DNA of 63,630 bases, filler included, from Porpidia crustulata (Eukaryota): assembly GCA_964255105.1 (NCBI GenBank). It is 10 parts of 10 records of this genome, joined end to end, with 100 filler letters (N's around TTAATTAATTAA, not from the genome) between each part and the next. Parts side by side here need not be neighbours in the genome. Positions count along the whole stretch, not along the records: positions 6,385 to 12,665 come from CAXUWE010001584.1; positions 12,766 to 19,041 come from CAXUWE010001585.1; positions 19,142 to 25,416 come from CAXUWE010001586.1; 7 more parts are not named here. The stretch is one strand, 5' to 3'. This document shows, one piece after another, positions 11,801-20,369 of the stretch; position 1 is the first letter of the stretch; every line of letters starts with the position of its first letter. Both the position numbers and the translations under genes were made by a program. A model generated the notes under the pieces. That model saw only the letters and a list, made by a program, of their open reading frames with translations, was not told where the DNA came from and made no database searches.

Positions 11801-12255
11801 TCGACCTCAGCCGCGTCATCGACCCCCCGAGCCCGGAGCAATCCGGCATCGCCACCAAAGCCTCCCGCCGCATCAGCTTCGGCGGCTTCCGCAACAGCGA
11901 TCGCGACCGCGGCGACGACCGCGAAACCCGGCGCCCCACCGCCCTCGACGCCAGCTTCACCAACTCGGAAGAATCCGACGCCGACGAGAGCGTCGGGCGG
12001 CCCCGGCGCGCGCGCGCGGCGGGGGCGCCGCCGCCGCCCGGGGGGAGGAGGGGGCGGGGGCGGGCGGGCGCGGCGGGCGAGACGACGACGCACGTGGAGA
12101 GCAGGCTGGGCAAGAGCGTGGTGCTCAAGTTCGAGATCTTCGTCGTCAAGGTCCCGCTCTTCTCCCTGCACGGGATCCAGTTCAAGAAGGTGGCGGGCGA
12201 CACGTGGCAGTACAAGGAGATGGCGCAGCGGATTTTGGACGCGTTAAGGTTATAG
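8898..12255 (+). CDS. KIN1: Serine/threonine kinase Kin1 (MARK/PAR-1 family), 3 exons
   Basis: Kinase motifs [41 protein letters not shown], and a C-terminal KA1 domain ([31 protein letters not shown]). Introns at 9492-9560 and 10189-10261. Confidence 0.95.
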
Positions 12256-12665
12256 GTTCTGTGGGACGCTGCACGTTACGGAAACTAGCATCTTGATCCA
12301 TACCTTTTTTCTTTCTTTCGGGCTCGGCGCGGTGGGATTCGTAGGGGGGGGAACAGCGAGCATTTGAAAAATTTTCACGAGTTTCTTTGAAGTTTGATTA
12401 TGGTAGGCTGGGCCTGCCTCTTCTGCCTCCCTCCTCCGTAGCTTCGAGTCTGCGATGGGACGGATAGAAAAAATTATTCCGATGTGGAGGTTGGAAGAAG
12501 AAGAGGGGCTTGGGTGCATATTCGATCGTACGATAGACCATGCAGCGGATTTTTCGATTTTTCGATTCGTGAGCAATTTTTTGGTTTTTGTGCTTGTACG
12601 GTGATGAGGCTATCAATGGTGCCTTTGATATTCTATTTGCTTTACGGACGGGCGTACGGTTATCC

Positions 12666-12765
12666 NNNNNNNNNNNNNNNNNNNNNNNNNNNNNNNNNNN
12701 NNNNNNNNNTTAATTAATTAANNNNNNNNNNNNNNNNNNNNNNNNNNNNNNNNNNNNNNNNNNNN
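12666..12765. other. Artificial contig-joining spacer
   Basis: 44 N + TTAATTAATTAA + 44 N. Confidence 0.99.
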
Positions 12766-15700
12766 TTAACTAGGCCTTCCAGAATGATGCACTACCAACT
12801 GCACCACTCCCCCGTCGGTTGAACGCACACGTTTGGGGCTTTGAGAAGGGGGCGCCCATACCGACCTGGGAGGCTGATAAGATCGCCCGGAGACGCCTGC
12901 TACGACGCACTCCCGTTAAGTCTCAAACCGCCGATTGGGCGATCATTGTGGGCTGTCGGCAATGGTGGAGGAGTGCGCATTCGAGTGGGGGTTATATGAA
13001 TACAACTCTCAGGATCGACGCATGGTCATCACTCGCTGCACGGACCTTTTGTTTGTCTGATGATTCTCGAAGTCATCCTCTGTAACCTCCGGACTCAAGC
13101 CTCCCACCCTTCTTACTCGCCCGCATAGATCTGTCCACCCTTGCAAATTCCGACAGATCCGTACCTCAACCTACACTATTCTCCGCTGCCGAGCTACCGG
13201 AATCCTTCCAAATCCAATTGCTGCATGCAAAGGTACAAACCGTTTTTGCGACACCTCCGCAGCCGCCGATTCTCTCATGGATGTTTGTGACGCATCCCAC
13301 GCTCCCACTTGATTTCTGCTGTGCACATGTCGCTGAAGTTACGTCGGATCAATGCTGACTAATGCCAAAATGAGATGAGGCATGATGCTTCAAGATGGAT
13401 GCCCGGCATGCCCTAATACGTATTAGGTAGCAGGCACTACAACTACAATCGTCACCTTTGTTTAGGTACGGAGGACGTCATGATGGGATTGGTTCACGCT
13501 GTGAGGCGGTCCTCGGGGTCCAATCCGTTTCTGCAATGGAGGTAATGCATGGGACCGATAGTCGTTGAGACGAATTCTTGCCCAAAGCCTGTGTCTTCTT
13601 TGCGCAAGTGTCGGTTCAGGTGGCGGACAGACTTCTTCTCACCACAGACTTAGGCGGTCCCGCAAATAGAGCCAGTTTTCTGAGAAGGGTCTTGTAAAAC
13701 ATTGCCTTCAAAAACCATGAGGTACCGGGCTAGATCTAGCAAAATTTTCAACTCGTGCATCTTCGGATGCTGACATAGTTTGACAGCGGAGGGCCGTTGT
13801 TGCGTACGCGATATGGACATGAACTTATCTACGGAATCGTGACTCAGAAGCCTGAGCCGAAGAACTTCTGTGAATGCACGGATCTTGGTATCACGTAAAT
13901 ACAGCTGGAGCCAGAACGTCCAACAAGATGGATTGAGAACACCATGAGATGTCGCCATGGGCAACTTTTACCGTTGTAAAACAGTTCGCCTCATCCCTTG
14001 TCTATTATATACGCTTTGGGGTGTGTGAATTGTGGCGTCGATCCTGCTGCATCCAATCATGTTACCACCCTGTCTTTGTCTGCAGCCCACGAGGCTATGA
14101 TGTGATTGTGCGAGATCTTAGAAACATTGATGAGTACTTTTCCAATATCTGAGCAACTCTCGCGAGCTCGCCAAGCGCTGCAATCTATATGGCAGGGTAA
14201 AGAAAGGTTGGAGACAAAGGTTTTCAGCCGTATTCTACCACATTATTTGATCCCAAATCTTCCGAAATCCATCCCGCAATGTCCCATTGTGGCTTGAGCG
14301 TGAATGCATGGTTGCGACTAGACATAATGTCATTTAGTTTGAGGCTAATGATATAGGCAGTTCAACAGCCTGCATATCTCAGAAGCCTGAGGGATCCATT
14401 CCGAATCAGAATCGCTGCGGATGTTATCAGGATATTGGAGCCATTGTCGATAAAGTAGGTAGACAGGCACACGGGAATTGTTGACTGGTAGAGACATAGG
14501 CGGTGTGGCGGTGTCAGAAGAAGCGGAGTTGCGCCACAAACTGCCTAGTGTATTATATGTGGCAGTGCATGTGTGGCTCGCATCTACGTGACGGCTGCCA
14601 AGCCATCATCACTCTGTGAGTTATTGCACCTTATCACGGCAAACATGTTCTTAGGCGCTCAATACTCTGTCCAGAAGAAGTAATAAGCAGCCCGCATTCA
14701 ATTTCTTGAGTGTCATTCCAACAGAGTAGGTTGCACTGCACCATCGAAATCCATCGCGTACGACCAAATGTAGGCCACGGACGGTACCTATCGCCCCACG
14801 CTCAATCTGCATCATGCATCAAACTTATCGTCCAACCATGCGACCGTGGTCCCTAAGGTCCAAGCTATTGCTCTCATTCGTCGTCGACCAGTAGGAAACA
14901 ATGCGCAATCACAAATTGCTGCTAGGTTCGTCATCAGGCTTGTCATTTCATTGCGGCCGCAACGGATTGTACAGGGACGCTACTGCACCGGACGCTTTCC
15001 CAACTTAATATGCCGTGCTTTTCCTCGAAATGCAATTGGTCCATATCGCGAGAAAGGTGCAACAGACCAGTCCGGTTCTACTGGGGTGTACGCGCATCAA
15101 GATTGCCTCGTGGCTTTGAGTCGAGGCTATCAGTTGGCACTTGGTTCTGCCTACTACTGTGGTGATTGCTTCCTGTCGTCTTGCTGGGAACGTTTCAAAT
15201 ATAGCTGAGTAAGCGAGGTGGACATCCATGGGGGGCAGCGGTGCGCCAAGAAAAAAGGCAAAACGGTGCGCCGTCCATTTCTTCACGACACGACGCTTTC
15301 TCATCTAATTCGATTGGGCCCGGCAGGTCGAACTGCCATTCCTCCGCGACCTAGCTAACCTGATGTCTTCTGCGACAAACATGCACATGTGATTGGGCTC
15401 TCTATTACACTCTGGCATATGGCATCTACGCCCACCAATAAGCCTTCGGCTTGAAGTGCAAACGGGTAGGTAAAAATTACTCCTTGTGCCGACTTGTGTG
15501 TTGGGGATAATGTTGGATCATCGGTATAAGAAGAGCATTGTGCTCGAGTGTTCCGTTGAGTCCACATACGCCTGTAGTCTGCCCACAGCCTTCCAAAGAT
15601 TTATTGCTTGATAGTTGGCGAATCCTGACCCTCGAGGGATTGTACCTTTGTCCTGCTTCTGGATCATGCCGTTAGTCTCTTCCCTTGACGTGTGCTTCTA

Positions 15701-15883
15701 TTTTGCCATAACGCTGTGTGTTTGTCAATCCTCGGGCTTCGTCGGATGTCTCGGTATCCTAGTCGTACTTTGATTCCCAACTACTCGTTACCTCGGGTTA
15801 TCCTATCGACGCACATACACCGATCATGTCGCTCATCTGATCTTCCTAGATTTCTCTCGCGCTTTCTTGCGCTCTAGTCTTTA

Positions 15884-16177
15884 GTGCATGTTTTCCAGCT
15901 AGTGATCGCAACGGCCAAGCTGACTTCCACCAGTGGCCCAGGCCCCAAGACTTGTTCGTCTCCCAGTCGTGTCCAGATTCCCGCTGCTCGCCCTCCAACA
16001 ACGAATCAATACCTCCGAGAGGTTGACCAATATAGAGCTTTCTTAGCTAGTCAAGACCATCCAGGTTCCGTGCGAGGGAAGGCTATGGCTCAGTACATCC
16101 AGAATTGGGAGCGCCAGTGGGAACATCTCAATGGTGACGCTGCCTCGCCAGGTAGATTTTTACGGCTATATTTCTGA
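15884..16177 (+). CDS. Small hypothetical protein (start and exon structure uncertain)
   Basis: Protein-like helical stretch NQYLREVDQYRAFLASQDHPGSVRGKAMAQYIQNWERQWEHL. No recognised domain. Confidence 0.3.
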   Translation: MHVFQLVIATAKLTSTSGPGPKTCSSPSRVQIPAARPPTTNQYLREVDQYRAFLASQDHPGSVRGKAMAQYIQNWERQWEHLNGDAASPGRFLRLYF

Positions 16178-16289
16178 AAGGCTGCCATCACTTACACTGC
16201 TGCAGGGAAGCCGAAGCTGTAAGGGATGAGGCACCTTCCGCGGACATCATCGTACACGTACAAGACTCCAGGAGGTTTACATGATAAAT

Positions 16290-17012
16290 TCAGTACCTTG
16301 CTCTTTTGTGCACGGATTTCTTCTCGACGTGTCTTTTTTCCTTGCACCTTTCAGAATATCCATCTCCTTTACAACATGTGTAATAAAAGTTCTCCGGGCA
16401 TTCCTCCCTCATCCATTTGGAATCAATCACTCCGTGGCAGTCCTCGTTATGATCTATAAACATTTTATAGTCTGGCTCGGTTTCCTCTGAGCGTTCATCA
16501 GCTTTCCCGTGGTTCTCTAATGCAAAATATTATTGACGATCTTTCAACATACCAGGGTGGTAAACACAAGATTGCTTTCCATTATCTGTAACGTCAAATT
16601 CCTCGGAGCATCTCTTACACGTGGCATATCTCGGGCGTGATCTTTTCGAATGCTTCGTTGTTGCCACTATCTCATCTTCGCCTGACTCATCTCCGTCTTC
16701 CTGCTCTTCCTCCTCATCATCGCTGTCATCATCGCTGTCGTCCTCGTCATCCTCCTCCTCACTGCCCTCCCCTCGAGGCGCATTGTGTTTTACCTTCCCT
16801 TCCTCAACAATTAAAAGCCCGCTCGCCATCCTTGCAGTGTCTGTAGAAGAAATGCACAGCGCTCGCAAAGTTTCGCGCAAGCGAGCTGGCTGCGCGCTGT
16901 CAATGGCAGAAAATAACAAGGCCTGAGGGCTCGGCATTCTCGCTTGCTCAAATGGAGGAGGACTCGACTCTGTCAGATCAACGATTGCTATACTCATTGT
17001 CGCAGCTGTCAT
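16290..17012 (-). CDS. Hypothetical protein with an acidic tract and a Cys/His-rich putative Zn-binding C-terminus, 2 exons
   Basis: Exon 1 (17012-16553) ends RYATCKRCSEEFDVTDNGKQSCVYHP. Intron is gtatgt...cag (16552-16487). Exon 2 reads ETEPDYKMFIDHNEDCHG...FYYTCCKGDGYSERCKEKRHVEKKSVHKRARY*. Confidence 0.8.
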
Positions 17013-17133
17013 GAATTATATTTTCGTAGACCTGAACCTACAAGAATTGTGTATGTATGTCGAAGAAAGCTTCAGCGGCTAAAACTCGGTTGATAAGATA
17101 AATCGCAACTAAAATCTGAGCGAGCGGTTCCAC

Positions 17134-17908
17134 TTGCCTCAGTTCTCATACGTACCTCGCTAAGCCCCTTCGGGTTAGCAAGCGTTGATTTGGCTGACTA
17201 CGCAGCGTATCGACGGTACGTTTGAGCGCAGAACTAGATATACGTTAAAATGACGATGCTAAATATGCGTTTTACAACAACGATTGATTAGCTTCTGATT
17301 TTCGTACGCGGAAACTCTTCTGATGATTTTATTATGACTTTATATCATGTTTTATTTTATGTCTGTTGTGCGTGCGTTGTTAACAAGAACAATTCTGATT
17401 GACTTCGTTAAGAAATCGAGAAAAAAGTTAACGTTGAAACTGTAACGTGTGTAGTATTGCTTTGCATGTATTTAACATGTTAATACGTCGTAAATTTGCG
17501 TTGTAAACTCACTTATATGTGATTATGTATCATATCTCGCGATGAAGCTAATTTGCGATCGAAATTCATAATCTTGTGTTTACTACGACCACCCCCAGGG
17601 GTATTGGTTTACCCGGGTGAGGAAGCTAGGTGGGGTGGGCGCAATCCACATGAGGGGCGCAATACCCAACCGCACCACCTAAAAGGCGAAATACCAAGTT
17701 GGAAGACTTGGTCCAATACTACTAGATATGGTGGGTATGGCCGTAACAGTGTTGTCGTTCTGTGAGCTTGAATTTTCATCTTTCTGTACGTTAACGCATA
17801 TCTGACTGAAATAATGAGTTCTGTGCTCAGAACGCCGCCATCACGCTGCGTAGTCAGCAAGGCTAACCCGAAGGGGCTTAGCGATGCACGTATGAGGTAC
17901 TGAGGCAA
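17134..17908. mobile_element. Non-autonomous TIR DNA transposon (MITE-like), about 110-bp imperfect TIRs, 8-bp TSD GGTTCCAC
   Basis: 17134-17248 (ttgcctcag...cgctaagccccttcgggttagc...gctgactacgcagcgt) is an imperfect reverse complement of 17790-17908. It is flanked by direct repeats GGTTCCAC at 17126-17133 and 17909-17916. No transposase ORF. Confidence 0.85.
17581..17748. mobile_element. Nested solo-LTR-like insertion (168 nt) with 5-bp TSD GTGTT
   Basis: Termini are TACTACGACCA...TGGCCGTAACA. The right end is the reverse complement of TGTTACGGCCA, an LTR-type TG..CA terminus. Flanked by GTGTT at 17576-17580 and 17749-17753. GC-rich against an AT-rich host. Confidence 0.65.
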
Positions 17909-18048
17909 GGTTCCACGGACCCAAGCATCCGGCTTACATAATCCGTAGATCTCCAACTCCAACCTCAACCTCACTTCTTCATATTACAGCCACAGAAACC
18001 ACCACCACCATCGTTCCCACACCAAAACCCCACTACACCAGCACAAAA

Positions 18049-18527
18049 ATGCCCTCCCGCCTTCTCCTCTCACGCCTCTTACCAGCCAAACCCACCGCCC
18101 TCTCCACCCATCACACAAGACTCCCCCTCTCAACACCATCACCATCACCGCAAACCCGCCTCTCCTCCTCCGAACCCCACTACGACCCCCCCACCGGCTG
18201 GCTCTTCGGCGTCCCGCCCGGCGAAAAATACCAAAAGGAAGGATGGGAGAATGTGTGGATGTATGGGTTCTTTGGGAGTCTGGCGGTGGGCGTGGTGGGG
18301 TGGTGTTTCAAGGAGGATAAGACGTATGTTGGTTTTTTTTGTTTTTGTTTTGCTTGATAAGGGTTTTTACGGTTGGATGAGTGAGAGTAAATAAGAGATA
18401 TGCTGACTTTTTGGACTTGTTGGGGGATGGTAGTATACAAACCTGGGCCCTAGAAGAAGCCCGCCGGCGTCTGGAAGCCGAGGGGATACTGCCGGATCCG
18501 GATTCGGTCGAGGGATCGAAGGATTAG
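18049..18527 (+). CDS. NDUFB11: Mitochondrial complex I ESSS subunit, 2 exons
   Basis: Mitochondrial presequence, then HYDPPTGWLFGVPPGEKYQKEGWENVWMYGFFGSL, intron 18324-18433, then IQTWALEEARRRLEAEGIL. Confidence 0.9.
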
Positions 18528-18756
18528 AGTGGGATGTGGGATGGAAAAGCACGAGAACCCGCTTGTTTGAAAAGTAGGGGGGGGAACGTTTACGCACGGA
18601 GATGCGTAACCATAGGAAGTGGTATGGGAAAGGACTCGCGGATAGGGAAACTGTGTTTTCAGACCGAGGGGAGTGTAAATAGGCGTTCTACTACCGAAAA
18701 CCTCGCATTTGATCGCGTCGATAGAGTTGCGGAAATTTCCACGATACACCATCTTC

Positions 18757-19041
18757 TGTTACGATCCCGGTCACCTTACTTCCCAAAGGGACTTAGCGCC
18801 AGCCTTGGCAACCGGCAATAGGGCCGCCTGGCCCGAGCTAACTTAGGACCAAGCCCACCTAACCTAGACCGGGGTCATGTGACCAAGCCAGCCCAGCAAG
18901 GAGTCTAGCGCAGGCCAAAGCGGGCACCTTACCTGTTCGGGTAAGGCGCAACTCCCAAAGGCCACAAAGTCTCATCCACCCCCAAATCTGTTACGATCAG
19001 ACCTTCCCCAACATCCCCAGCAGCCCACCGGATCAAGGTGG
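18757..19041 (+). repeat. LTR-like remnants at the contig end
   Basis: TGTTACGATC occurs at 18757 and again at 18989 (TGTTACG is a typical fungal LTR 5' terminus). The first copy has a partial inverted partner, gaccggggtcatgtgacc, at about 18867-18884. The contig ends inside the repeat. Confidence 0.4.
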
Positions 19042-19141
19042 NNNNNNNNNNNNNNNNNNNNNNNNNNNNNNNNNNNNNNNNNNNNTTAATTAATTAANNN
19101 NNNNNNNNNNNNNNNNNNNNNNNNNNNNNNNNNNNNNNNNN
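19042..19141. other. Artificial contig-joining spacer
   Basis: 44 N + TTAATTAATTAA + 44 N. Confidence 0.99.
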
Positions 19142-20072
19142 ACTCTACCCTAAGTATCGCACATCTACATACCCCTTTCCCCAACTTTCAAGGTATCTCC
19201 GTTGTCCTATTAAATCTCAGCGCGTGATTTTGGAAGCCAGAGGTTCAAAGGAATGGAAGTGAGGGATTGTGGATTTCTTTGGGGGGGTGGAGGAAAGGGG
19301 AAAACAGCTATGGGTCGGAGGCGTTGTGGTTAAGAGTTTTCTTCAACGTGGACGTCTGAAAATTTCTTGAGATCCCACAGGTCTATCTATATATCGCGAG
19401 CGCTTTAGGGTTGAGTTTTGACACTTTGAGGATATGGAGATGAATGTTGGGAGATTACCCAGTAATGATGAGCTTGATTGATCGTTATGAAATGAAGAAA
19501 GAGTGTATCTTTAGGTCTGTGTCTATCGTCTTCTTGACGAGGACTTCAAGAGATCGCGAGTCCCGTGCAAGTCGATGTACTGGAGATTCTACTCCGCACT
19601 ACTTTTGAAGTGCCTCAATACAACTACGTCAAAGGAAGATCACCGTTCCTGGTCCTTGTGCTCCAAAGACGCACCTGGTCTGTCAATGTCTGCAACCCAT
19701 GGTCCCGGAGACTGCAAGGCTGAGAGCCACCTGGATTATTGGTAGATCCCGCGATTCCGAAGATTCCGGTCATGGTGCTGACGCGCTAGAGAATGGACGC
19801 GGACACGCATGATTGGTGGTGTCGATAATGTTTTACCTTTTCAGAGACGAACGTCTTCGTCTCGACTTACATCTCGGGACGAGGCCTAGGACGAGGGCCA
19901 AGGCGAGGCGAGGGTGATCCCGAGATGCAGGTTGGGAAGGGACCTTTTTTTTGTGGCGCTGGTCTATCAGAATCGCTTGTTGCAGGTGTTTTGATGGACA
20001 TCGATCTCGTTTGGTAGCCGTAAAGCAGCACTGAAGGTCCGTATGCAGAGGTTTTCGTCTCGGCATGATATG

Positions 20073-20369
20073 CAGCTTCGCTTGATGAGCTGTCGATGGG
20101 TATCATAACTCGCCTGGCCTTGAAAGGGCTGCATGGGACAACATTTTGAGGGAGATGCCTTGAGTGCTGAAAATTGACGAATCTCGGAATCCATAAAACT
20201 CTATCTGGGGCGATTTGGCCGGACGATGTCGTACAGCTTCGCTTGATGAACCGGCGACAGGTATTATGGCTCGCCTGGCCTTGAGAGGGTTGCAAGGGAT
20301 AACGTTTCGAGAGACATGTCTCGAATGATGAATTTTGTGGAAGAACTTCGGAATCGATGAAACTCTATC
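20073..20369. repeat. Diverged tandem direct duplication, unit about 161-164 nt
   Basis: cagcttcgcttgatga...ctcgcctggccttga...tcggaatc...aaactctatc at 20073-20205 and again at 20234-20369. Confidence 0.8.

Noticed and set aside
11467..12247. Long antisense and alternative-frame ORFs over the KIN1 3' end (likewise 25633-26469, 37138-38107, 7002-7652)
   Set aside because: These are shadow ORFs caused by GC-rich third positions of real genes, with low-complexity translations and no motifs.
17600..17722. Intact hammerhead or hairpin ribozyme
   Set aside because: No CUGANGA core, two extra bases after GAAA, and hairpin-ribozyme helix 3 cannot pair. Kept only as a hypothesis to test.
17581..17748. 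5S rRNA copy (minus strand begins TACGGCCATACCCAC and ends GGTCGTAG)
   Set aside because: Only the termini resemble 5S. The length and internal helices do not fit, and LTR-type ends with a 5-bp TSD explain it better.
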